A DNA stretch of 64,000 nucleotides, from positions 868,001-932,000 of the forward strand of contig VJWM01000025.1 of assembly GCA_010909165.1 (NCBI GenBank), in the 5' to 3' direction. The stretch is from Anthoceros angustus (taxonomy: Eukaryota > Plantae > Anthocerotophyta). The notes below the pieces were generated by a model. The model made no database searches and was not told the DNA's origin. It worked only from the letters and a program-made list of their open reading frames with translations. Shown one piece after another: positions 11,921 to 22,667 of the stretch (within the stretch, counting starts at the first letter, position 1; every line of letters begins with the position of its first letter). The position numbers and the translations under genes are program-made.

Positions 11921-13339
11921 CCTATAATATAACCTATACTATCTGACCATGGTAAAAATGGGATATTCCATGGAAACCCCGAGACCCAAGGACAGGAAAT
12001 CCAGCTTATAAGGCACTGAAGGAAACTCTTTTTAATGGAGCCATTGTCTGTGTCTGTGTGAAGCTTTGACCACTGCGCATTTGACCACTCGAGTTCTCTA
12101 AGAAGCACGCATGCATAGACCACGTGTCGGCATGCCGCTCAATGTAGCATTGAAACGCCTGCTCAATCAAGACACGTGGCGATGAGCCATTGGCCGGTCC
12201 AGGCCATAAGAAGGGGCCACCGCCTCCCCTTCGCATCGTTGGGTGTAGGTTAAGCTTCTGCGGACGATTACAGTTGGCGTCTGCGAACTTGAAGTTTGGA
12301 GCGCTGAGTTACGGTGAGCATGTCTCAATTTCCCTTTACATAGCGACAATTTTCGCCTGTTGATTCTGGTTGGCATAGATGCACCCTATGCGTATCTACA
12401 TTTTGGTGTCGCCCATATCTGCAGCCCGATCGCGACTCCCCAAAAACCTAATAGCCATTAGTCCTGACATATGTGAATGCTTTTCCAGGGTTTTCCAGGT
12501 TTTGTGGTTGTGATAAACAAGCATCGATGGCCGCAGCGCTTGAAGCGGGATCTCCCGGAGATGGGTGGCCGGAATACACTGCTCAGTGCGAGGCCACCAT
12601 CCGCGCCACCTTTGATCACGCATGGGCGGTTCGGGGTCAACTACCCCCACGCGACACCATCGAGCGCAGAGGATGCCCATAGAATTGTTCAGCCGCCCCG
12701 GCGTACGCTTTCCGAGTTCCGCATGCGGTTCATGGTAGTGGGCCGTTGCCTTTCGGAGATAGATTCAATGCTCGAATTGATGCCTGTGCCGTGGACGCCC
12801 AGGATACTCACATGGGTGGACGGCAGCGACATACCATGCGCCTTCTATGGGATGCCATAAAGGCGCGTTTTGGCCCAAACCCCCATTAGTGTGAGCATAT
12901 ATAGGGTGTGCAATTTAGGGTTTGTGGAAACCCCTAAAAATTGGCAAAAAAATCCATGCTGTAATGCTTTTGATAACTTAGTAAAAGACAGCCCGTGGTA
13001 AGTAACATATACGCCCGTAATGATCCCATACGTAGAAGGTGTAGGGTTAAAGGTACATCCGTTGTAAATCCAGGCATGTAGTAAAAAAACATTGCTGGAT
13101 AGTAAATAAGAGCCTTAGGAAAAGGTAAACTTTCACTGTAAAACACTTCTAAACCTGAATAAACTAACCCACCAGTAAAACTCCAGGTAGTAAATTCCAT
13201 ACTGTAGTAAAGTCTTCATCTTGTTGTGATCCAAAATTGCCTCTGTAATAAGAGACTTCGCCACCGCCACGTAATCGACAGTCGCTGGCTCGGGAGCCCT
13301 CATGTAAACTGGTTCATTCAGGGGTATGATCACGCTGTT

Positions 13340-14450
13340 GCAGATGATGGAGGGAGGCCTGTTGCAACTGCTCTAGAATCGATGCAAGGACGTTGACATC
13401 CCAGCACCATGGGAGGAGTCCCTGTACTGCATGCATGAGGTGAGAGCGCTGTCAGGAACCCTAGGCCACCAACAGGCCAAAGGCCAGGAGAGAAGCCTTC
13501 CCAGCAGAGGAGTGTGGTGGCCGACGAGGACGAGCGCCGGCATGCCGCTGCCCTCAAATATGGAGAGAGGTGGAAGAGGGGGGGCGCCGGCATGCTGGCG
13601 CCCCACAATATGAAGAGGCGGAGGATGGAGGGCACCGGCATGCGGCGCCCTTCATTACGAAGGGGCAGAGGAGGAAGGGCGCAGGCATGCCGGCGCCCTC
13701 CAGTATGGAGCCAAGGAAGAGGAAGGGCGTCTTAATGCCGGTGCCCTCCAGTATGCAGTCACGGAGGAGGAAGAGCACCGGCATGCCGGCGCCCTTCAGG
13801 AGGGAGCAGTGGAGGATGAAGGGCACCAGAATGCCGACGCCGAAAGAAACCTTGGGCTTTCTGTTGGGCGTAAGGCATAAGGGGGGCATGCGAAGCGGAA
13901 GAGCATGCATGATGAGGATGGGGGTGGACATAGCAGATCCCGAAGTGCAGATCCTGCGGTTGGTACGAGCAGGAAAAAAGTGCGAAGCGTCCCAAGGGTA
14001 TTTGACAACAATGACATACCAACATTGCATGTCTCAACCGATGGAGAAAGACTTGAAGCCTCTATGATGCATGACGATTACTTGCAGAAAGTCAGGGAAT
14101 TTGCATATGCGAAGAAGGTAGTATCAGAAACAGTTCTTGTAAATCTGGAGAATTTGAGGCCAGCTTCGTTTCTAACTCCAGATGCTCAGGTTCGGCAAGT
14201 GGATGAGGCTTGGGCGAACTATGTGGCTCGGGTCATCTCGAAGGTTCGAATTGAAGAAGGTGTGCTGCTACTGCTTTGTATGATTGACCCATCTGACTAC
14301 AGGGATAGCGAAACATTAGACTGGAAAAAAGTTCAGGGCAAAGTTATGGGAGTGCTGGGAGGCAATGATACTTACGCCGCCATGAAGCAGCATGCAGATA
14401 TATCACCAGGGAAGGCAAGGTTCTAATGGATGGAGGCCCATTATAGAGGG
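13340..14450 (+). pseudogene. Decayed ORF: 15-aa repeats followed by a ParB/Srx-like domain
   Basis: 45-bp tandem repeat (13520-13850) encodes EEEGRRHAGALQYGA-like units across two frameshifts. ORF 13905-14426 has QVRQVDEAW and VLGGNDTYAAM, resembling the GGNH(R/T)xxA ParB motif. In-frame stops are present. Confidence 0.5.
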
Positions 14451-14830
14451 ATGGGTCTAAGCATCTATATTTCGGTGTGTGTATAACAAATTTTCTGTAC
14501 TTGTTCAGCACAGGTATCCCTCAAGGGCACGTTAATTACCCAAAGGGCAAGACCTAAACCGAAATAAAGCCTCTTAGGAGTCTATCAACTTTAAATAAAA
14601 TCAAGTTATCCAGTATCTTTCATATAACTTTTATAATCATGTTATCTAGGGTTGTTAAATTTTGTTAAATGAAGATGATGTCCTCACTCATAAAGGGACA
14701 GGTGTATCCATCTATATTGTGTGTGTGTCAATGAATTATTTATTCTTATTCCTTACAGGTATCCTCGAAGGACACGTTAATTACTCAAAGGCCAGGACCT
14801 CAACCCAAATAAATCCTCCTATCTATCTAT
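14440..14830. repeat. Diverged direct repeat, ~245-bp period
   Basis: CAGGTATCC..CACGTTAATTAC..AAAGG..AAATAAA at 14511 and 14756, each preceded by a similar CATCTATATT..GTGTGTGT segment. Confidence 0.75.
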
Positions 14831-14889
14831 CTATCCTTACAATTATGGAGTCCACAATTAAAATGTAAGTGCGAATGTTTTAAGAAAAA

Positions 14890-15612
14890 TATATATGAGG
14901 AAAATATATCGGTAGAGATGGCTTTTCCAAAGTCTATGAATACTATGTCAAATATACGGAAAAAATCTATGCCTATAAAATTATGAAAATTATGAAGATA
15001 TATGCTTGTAAAATTATGAAAATTATGAAGATATATGCCTGTAAAATTTTATATATATAGTGATGGAGCTATAACCTATGGAACACTTAAGGATGAACTA
15101 AGAAAAGGAGGAGCTTATTGTGAGGAGGATACAAAATTACTTATGTTTAACGTAGTGGAGGCAATCAAAATTTGTCATAGGCATAATGTTATACATCGCG
15201 ATTTGAATCTGGCTGATATATTATTACTTAGCCCTCTCAAAATTAAACTAGCAGACTTTGGTTTGTTTGTTCCCCGTTTCCAAAATGAACATGAATTATT
15301 GTATAGGGGAGTTGGAACCTAATGTTACATGGCTAAACAGGTAGGGGACTCAGAAGATGATGTAAACACAAGCTATGAACCTGATATTTGGAGCGCAAGA
15401 GTCATTCTATATGAAGTTTTAACCAGAAAACGTCCCTATATAGGCTATGAGTTTGACATCGAAAATGGATAGTGGAGAATTCAAATAGACATTCATGAGT
15501 GGCCCAACATCTCAAATGAAATAAAATATCCGCTACATTCTATGTTACATTTAGAACAGTGCAGGCTAGATGCGCAACAAGTTCTAAACTATTCTTGGTC
15601 CTATTGTTATCT
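14890..15612 (+). pseudogene. Intronless Ser/Thr protein kinase (CAMK-like) pseudogene
   Basis: IGRDGFSKVY (Gly loop), AYKIMK, HRHNVIHRDLN, KIKLADFGL, GT*CYMA, DIWS..VILYE, WPNIS. Contains stops and a 33-bp internal tandem duplication (14968-15050). Confidence 0.85.
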
Positions 15613-15749
15613 TATATACAACATAGTAGTTTTATTTTTAATTATATAAAAAAATATTTTTTGTGTAAAAAGCTGATCATCAACGGATCAAAATTTATTT
15701 TTACTTTAGAAATAATTTATTATATAATAAACTACTATATTCTACATAG

Positions 15750-16103
15750 AAGATAGCGAATAGAGCCAAGAATGTTTTAGAACTTGCTGCGCACGGAGTC
15801 TACAGTTCTTAATGTAATATTGAGTATAGTACATTTTTTTACTTCATTTAAGATGTTGGGCCACTCATCTAGGTCCAATTGAGTTCTCCACTCTCTTTTT
15901 TGGTGTTGAACCATGACGTGTATAACGACGTTTTCCTATTAAAACTTCTAACTCCCACACTCCAAATATCGGCTTTTGAAGTACTGCTTGTGTTTACATC
16001 ATCTACTGAGTCCAATACCTTCATAGCCATGAGAAATAAGGTTCTTGCAGCTCCTCTATACAGTAATTCATTTGTTTTGGAAACATGGAATAGACAAACC
16101 AAA
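15750..16103 (-). pseudogene. Second kinase fragment (C-lobe), paralogous and convergent to the first
   Basis: Reverse complement aligns to 15257-15612 (GATGATGTAAACACAAGC, GATATTTGGAG, ATGAGTGGCCCAACATC shared); KADIWSVGV motif. Confidence 0.85.
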
Positions 16104-16120
16104 CAAGTAGACGTCTCTTA

Positions 16121-16170
16121 CTAGGAGAGTTGACGTCCTCTCCAGCGAAGCCGCCCTTTCGGGCTTGAAA
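16121..16170 (-). mobile_element. Possible Helitron-like 3' terminus
   Basis: Minus strand reads GCCC-GAAA-GGGC hairpin, then GGAGAG..CTCTCC hairpin, then CTAG followed by T. It lies just beyond the truncation of the kinase fragment. Confidence 0.35.
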
Positions 16171-17551
16171 CTAATAAAGTTTGGCATAAGTGGGAATAAG
16201 TTTGGCATAAGTGGTGGATGGGTTTTTCCATCTCTTTTTTATAATAAAGTCTTCTTTTCCCATAAGTGGGAATGAAAGGGTGGTGGCGCAGTTGGCGGGT
16301 ATGGAATACCGATCTTGTCAAGTAGCCACCAAGGGTTTTTTTCGAGGGTGATATAAGAAGTTATGCAGCGTGAAATTTTTTTATGTCACACACTTGACGA
16401 CATCGACAGGGGGTGCCTACCCCTCATGTACCAATGTCAGTCAAATGGTGTGTTCAAGATTCTTTTTAGGTTGCGACACACAAGGTTTTCTTTCTTAGGG
16501 CTGTCAGAACATCGGCCTTCGCACATCCTCGCAAGCACCCATCCGCCGCCACAAGATGCCATGAACAAACCGCCACCAGCCTTTAGGCGTATGGCCCGAG
16601 TAGCCATCTGTGCCCAGCGCGACTGGCCTTGGCAGCCATCCACGCCTTTGTGGTAAATAGCCTGGAGCAACTATCCAAGCGTTTGTGGCAAGCTGCTCCA
16701 GGCGTTTGTGGCAAATAGCCTGGAGCAGGCATCCAGTTCTTGCACGATTGGCTTTGGCAGCCATCTAGACCTTATTTGGCACACACACGAGATGCACGAT
16801 GGGGAAAACACCGTCTTGAACATGTACCATGCAAATATCCGGAGCCATCGCGCGACGGTGAGAGGGAAACACAGTCTTGAACGTCTGACATGCCCACATT
16901 CGGGGCCTTCACGTGGGGCTGAGACCTGTCCGATCCGACATATATGTCTATGTCTGGTCCAAGCAAACCCTAAACATAAGTATGTGTGTATCACAAAAAC
17001 CCTAAATGGTAGAAATAAAAGTAGATGGCGATATCGGAACATCAGGGGGCAAGCTGCGAGGAAATACAGCCGGGTGAAAACTTTTTTTCATTTTAGTTGT
17101 TATAATTGATATTATTTGGAATTTAATTACAACTCTACCAAAAAAGAAACTTCACTTCAAAGTGGCCCATTTATGATGTACGATGTACCCAATGCGCTTC
17201 GTGCCCTCTTTGAATTTGAAGTTTTTCTCTCGTGCGCAATCCTGGAATATCAATCTCGTCATCGTTATATCAAGGGTTTTTATTGAGGGTTACATAAAAA
17301 GTTTTCCCATCTCATATAGTTTTCCCATCTCATATAGCAAGAAAACTTTGTATATCACATACTTGGTGACATCGGCCATGGGAGCCTACCCTGCGTATCG
17401 ATGTCGTCAAGTGTATCATACAAGAATCTTTATGTGTGCGATACACATTTTTTCGTTCTTGCACTAAGCAGCTTTCTGGCTAACCCTTGCAAACATGAAC
17501 CTGAGCCACAAAGTATGGGACCCATAAGCCTTTGCAGCATCCATGTGTAGA

Positions 17552-17890
17552 CCTTGAGCAATCTTGAGCAGCCATTAGCAAACTTGAGCAAACCTTCAGC
17601 AGACCTTTGAGCAACCCTTGAGAGGACTTGAGTAGACCTTGAGGAAATGGCTTTGAGCAGGCCTTAAGCCAGCCTTGAGCAACCCTTGAGAGGCCTTGAG
17701 TAGACCTTGAGGAAACGGCCTTCAGCAAGCCTTAAGGTGGCCTTGAGCAACCCTTGAGAGGCCTTGAGTAGACCTTGAGGAAACGGCCTTGAAGCAAGCC
17801 TTAAGCCGGCCTTGAGCAACCCTTGAGAGGCCTTGAGTAGACCTTGAGGAAACGGCCTTGAGCAAGCCTTAAGTCGGCCTTGAGCAAGCC
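17552..17890. repeat. CCTTGAG array with ~11-bp spacing and 68-bp higher-order unit (copy 1)
   Basis: Unit CCTTGAGCAAC-CCTTGAGAGG-CCTTGAGTAGA-CCTTGAGGAAACGG-CCTTNAGCAAG-CCTTAAGNNGG starts at 17673, 17741 and 17810. Confidence 0.92.
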
Positions 17891-18660
17891 TCTATGGCAC
17901 ATAACCGGAGTAGGCATCCAGGCCTCGCACAACTGCAAATCCTGGATGCCCACTCAAGGCCATCTTCATAGTGCTTCAAATGAGGGATTATTTTATGGAG
18001 AAAGACCACACATCCGACCAAAAACAATTGCACCACTGGACTAAAGCCCCGATTCAACACAAATAAAAAATGGGCAAAGTCTGTGCTCCCACCTCATGTG
18101 CTCAAAAGAATTGTCTACATCCTGCACCCCGTTCGATCTCAGAAGAGCCTCAAAGCAGAAGAGCCTCAAAGCAGGTCCGCTGGTTCCTCAAACGGCATAT
18201 GTGTAGAAAGGGGTTTCTCCTGATAAAAAGGGTTTTGGTAAAAATCCCAACCCTATTTTGCCGAAAACTCAAGTTGGTTTGGTTTTTGTTGTTTTTTTGT
18301 AGGTGTTCATCCATCGGTTTCTCGCATTCTCAGCTCCGGTGCCACTTCGTGTCAAGTCATTTACACCGAGCTGGCGCCTTTTAATCAGATTTATGGCGAT
18401 TTAGTTGGCGTGATAAAGGGTCATTGACCTCGTTGTTCCATAATTTCGTCATGTCCATAGTTTCTGCATTTTGTGTGGTTCTCATGTTTTGTATTCCGGG
18501 GTTTTAGGCGCGCGCACTGGCACTGTATACAAGAATCTTTATGTGTGCGATACACATTTTTTCGTTCTTGCACTAAGCAGCTTTCTGGCTAACCCTTGCA
18601 AACATGAACCTGAGCCACAAAGTATGGGACCCATAAGCCTTTGCAGCATCCATGTGTAGA

Positions 18661-18990
18661 CCTTGAGCAATCTTGAGCAGCCATTAGCAAACTTGAGCAA
18701 ACCTTCAGCAGACCTTTGAGCAACCCTTGAGAGGACTTGAGTAGACCTTGAGGAAATGGCTTTGAGCAGGCCTTAAGCCAGCCTTGAGCAACCCTTGAGA
18801 GGCCTTGAGTAGACCTTGAGGAAACGGCCTTCAAGAAGTTTTAAGGTGGCCTTGAGCAACCCTTGAGAGGCCTTGAGTAGACCTTGAGGAAACGCCTTGA
18901 AGCAAGCCTTGCCGCCTTGAGCAACCCTTGAGAGGCCTTGAGTAGACCTTGAGGAAACGGCCTTGAAGCCTTAAGTCGGCCTTGAGCAAG
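18661..18990. repeat. CCTTGAG array (copy 2)
   Basis: Same array inside the second copy of the duplication. Confidence 0.92.
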
Positions 18991-19932
18991 CCTCTATGGC
19001 ACATACCCGAGTAGGCATCCGTGCCTCAGACAATCGCAGAACCTCGGATGCCCACTCAAGGCCATCTTCATAGTGCTTCAAATGAGGGATTATTTTATGG
19101 AGAAAGACCACACATCCTAAAAAACAATTGCACCACCGACTAAAGCCCCGATTCAACACAAATAAAATGGGCAAAGTCCGTGCTCCCACCTCATGTGCTC
19201 AAAAGAATTGTCTACATCCCGCACCTGCTCGATCTCGTAAGAGCCTCAAAGCGTAAGAGCCTCAAAGCAGTCCGCTGGTTCCTCAAACATATGTAGAAAG
19301 GGTTTCTCCGATAAAAAGGGTTTTGGTAAAATCCCAACCCTATTTTGCCGAAAACTCGTTGGTTTGGTTTTTGTTGTTTTTGTAGGTGTTCATCCATCGC
19401 CGTGATTCGCCCGGTACACTGTCAAGTCATTTACACGCGCCTTTAATCGATTTATGGCGATTTAGTTGGCGTGATAAAGGGTCATTGACCCGTTGTTCCA
19501 TAATTTCGCCATGTCCATAGTTTCGATTTTGTGTGGTTCTCTGAGAGGGGTAAGCACATGCGCGCACTGGCACAATGCTCGAAACTTGTGCACGCACTGT
19601 GCAAAAAGAACGCGAAAAATAATCTTCTAATGGGGAAACATGTCCTTTTGGAGGTCTGAGGATGTGCAGGAACTCCCGACAAAATAACAAGTAGCAAACA
19701 TCGGTGGGGGTTCACTTAGACCGCTCTCATATATCTATCCTATGCCCTAATGCGATGAAGAACACCCTATCCCCTTTTTATCCTTTACGGTATTTCCGTC
19801 TCTTTCGGCGGTGACCTACATCAAACATGTCGAGGGCCCAACTGGGTGAACACGTGCATGACCCCCTGGTGCATGCACTTGTTCACCCAAATGCCCTTAG
19901 ATGTATATTGATTATGACCCCATTATGATATA

Positions 19933-19956
19933 TGTATATATATATATATATATATA

Positions 19957-19993
<37 letters not shown>

Positions 19994-19999
19994 TATATA
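19933..19999. repeat. Compound (TA)n(TC)n microsatellite
   Basis: Directly visible. Confidence 0.95.
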
Positions 20000-20321
20000 T
20001 ACCATAAGTTTTGAGGGCTCGGTTCACTTGCGCGTGCCTGTTCCATACAATCAATCCAAGTTTTGCGTGCAATGGTATGAAATATATACTTTCATGGATA
20101 TATATATAATCTTTTACTTTATACATATCATAAGTTTTGTGGGTGCAGTTTACTTGCGTGGAACGTGTACTTTAGGTTCGACTTCTTCATGAAGTTTCTG
20201 TCGCCGCTTTAGGGTTTTATTCCCGGATCTAGTTCAAAAAATTCCCTATTCACACAATGGTGCGTATGTTGGTTTAAGCTTTTTACATGGGGAGTCATGT
20301 ATTCACCTAGTTCGCGGATGT

Positions 20322-20565
20322 TCGTTTAGAGTTTTTTACTATGATTCTAGTCATTTAAAGGATATTAGTTTAGAGTTTTCGACTATGATTCTAGACATTT
20401 AAAGGATAGAGGTGCCCACAGTGGATGGTAGACTGTTAGTTTAGAGTTTTCGACTATGATTCTAGACATTTAAAGGATAGAGGTGCCCACAGTGGATGGT
20501 AGACTGTTAGTTTAGAGTTTTCGACTATGATTCTAGGATAGAGGTGCCCACAGTGGATGATAGAC
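20322..20565. repeat. 71-bp minisatellite (~3 units plus a partial)
   Basis: GTTAGTTTAGAGTTTTCGACTATGATTCTAG...GGTGCCCACAGTGGATG at 20364, 20435 and 20506. Confidence 0.92.
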
Positions 20566-21017
20566 CTCCCGCGAGCAAAACTTTGACCAACCCGTCTCAC
20601 GACCACACAAGGTCGAATGACCAAACAAGATTAACGACAATCCGGACCTTCCATGTACATTCTGTGCAAACCCTAAAGTAACAAACCCTAACCCTAGGTA
20701 CAAAAGCGTTCTCGGACTGTGTCAAATCAAATCGATACACCGAGAAGTGGATTTCGGGAATCGGTTTGACACTTACGCCACTCCTCAAGAAAGTTTTAGG
20801 TGAGAGGGTTGTAGAGAGTTATTCTGAGGTGCACATTAGATACACTATACATATCAAACTGGACAGAGTGCAAAAAAACCAATTCAGTCCATATGATACA
20901 TCTATACATAGACTATACTTGTATATAACGATCTATTCTCTCCGCGTGGTCACCGAAAACCCTTACAAAGTTTCTTCTACAAATTTCGGACATGCGCCAA
21001 AGCGTGACACTTTAGAC

Positions 21018-21165
21018 TAGGATTTTCCAAAGGCATCGTTCGAAGGGGAACTTCTGGCAGGTCCAATTGGATCCCGTTACCTGCCAAGAAGATCAACCAT
21101 GCTCCTGTAATGCTCAGCCCGTGACGACAAAGCCTCATTGGCTGCATGCAGCAAGGCTATGAATG
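21018..21165 (-). pseudogene. PLS-PPR gene fragment (L2/S2 region)
   Basis: Reverse complement GAGCATTACAGGAGCATGGTTGATCTTCTTGGCAGG...CTTCGAACGATGCCTTTGGAAAATCCTA matches 28187-28281 (EHYNSMVDLLGR..RTMPFENP) of the DYW:KP gene; degraded by indels. Confidence 0.75.
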
Positions 21166-21468
21166 AAACTCAAACGGAAGAACGTGGACTACGCATATCA
21201 AATATGCATCCGTCTGCTTCGGCGAAGTAAGCAGCAGCCAGGAGGGATTTCCATCGGTATCAGCGGATGCAGTGATGCACTTGCTCGATAGTGTAGACTT
21301 TAACGGCCAGATTATCATATAGGGCAACACAAAATTACTGTCAAGGATGAAACATCACCAAATATTGTCACCTTGAAACCTCCCACAGCACACCAGCGAC
21401 CTAGGTCACACACATCTGGAGCCTTGAGCTGAATGATGCACACAGAAACGAAGCTCCGGGCTGTGAGA

Positions 21469-21810
21469 TCACTCGCCTTCACCTGGACCGCCTGCTGGTG
21501 TAGAGGAGGGCGTCGGCAGCTGGTCATCCTCAAGTTCTACCACATCCGACTCATCTTCTTCAGGCCCGCCATCTTCTGTGATCACCGACTGCTCGTTGAT
21601 GGTCGGCACAGGTTGCCCTCGCATCCGAGCAACCTGGGCTGCCCGTATCGATGCCAACTGCCTGCGCAGATCTTGAGACACAAGAGTCCAGTTTCCTTTC
21701 GGTCCCTGCCCTTCGGCAGGCTGAGCAGGACCCGCATCTGCGAGGCGCCTGTGGTACCGCCGCGCCTCCTCGCCAGCCATTTCCGGGCCCGCTCTGTCTT
21801 CCCCCGCCAT
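21469..21810 (-). CDS. Hypothetical protein exon (acidic, low complexity)
   Basis: GC-rich open frame MAGEDRAGPEMAGEEARR...EEDESDVVELEDD with a possible GT donor near 21482. No recognisable family. Confidence 0.3.
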   Translation of the reverse strand: MAGEDRAGPEMAGEEARRYHRRLADAGPAQPAEGQGPKGNWTLVSQDLRRQLASIRAAQVARMRGQPVPTINEQSVITEDGGPEEDESDVVELEDDQLPTPSSTPAGGPGEGE

Positions 21811-22667
21811 CGCAACAGCGTCCAACGCGGGACTGCGATGTAAGAGACGCGCCTTTACCACGCCTAGAACATCCAGCTTGCAAGAGATGAGGCAAGGTGT
21901 GAGACGAGTACGACTGCCTTCTCGTTTTCACACCAAAGATGTTTTAAAACACAGACAAACGTCTGCAATCCAGGTCAGAGACTGTGTGAGTGGCAGATTG
22001 TCACGTCAAGTGGTCCCATAGACGATTTTTCGTGACAAAGTGTAGACTTTGCCCAGCCTTGTCACATCGGCACCACCAAGAGAATATGCTTTGATCAGGT
22101 GCAGTTCCATCGTTCAGCGTAAATGGAGAGTTTGCACCAATTACTGCCATCGTCACCACAAAAGGGAGCCGACCGTGACACTGATCATGATCTCCTCCGA
22201 GGACTGACTCCACACATAATAACTAACGAGCAAGCCAGCAATGAAAAAATATATTCCAGCTCAGAGTCTAGCTAGCCCGTGTGGTCATATTGGCCTAGTG
22301 GAATTGTCGCCTGGAGGGAATTGCTGGTGGCTCCAGGGAGACGTTCTGAACACACCAAAGAGAAGCAAGCTCCTTCATCTCCAGGGTCAGCAGGCACAAC
22401 AAAATTGTCGCAAACAGCTCCAAAATCTCAGCCATGTATTCCTTGACCTAGCAAACGACCTTTGCTCGTGTAGCACTGGAGCTACGTAGAGACGCAGTCA
22501 TCAAGATAGTTTGGTGCCCGGTGATGTCGCTTAATACGTAATAGATAGTGTTGTCAAAATTCACAAACGCTAGTAGCTGTGCTCGACACTGTAACAAGCA
22601 GCTCTAGCTAGAGCTACGGATCCATGTCACGCTTACCTTGGACATCACAACTTCAGCTTCTGATAAC

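Larger units (their letters stand above)
17418..19573. repeat. ~1.1-kb tandem duplication
   Basis: 17418-18523 is repeated at 18527-19573; both start ATACAAGAATCTTTATG and end GCACTGGCAC. Confidence 0.93.

Noticed and set aside
17480-18834. Repetitive ORFs LKAVSSRSTQGLSRVAQG
   Set aside because: Translations of the CCTTGAG array, with no evidence of coding.
17552-20565. CRISPR-like appearance of the repeat arrays
   Set aside because: No unique spacers between identical repeats, no cas genes, eukaryotic context.
20985-21020. Small hairpin plus CTAG as a Helitron 3' end
   Set aside because: Followed by G rather than T, and the TAG is explained by the adjacent PPR fragment.
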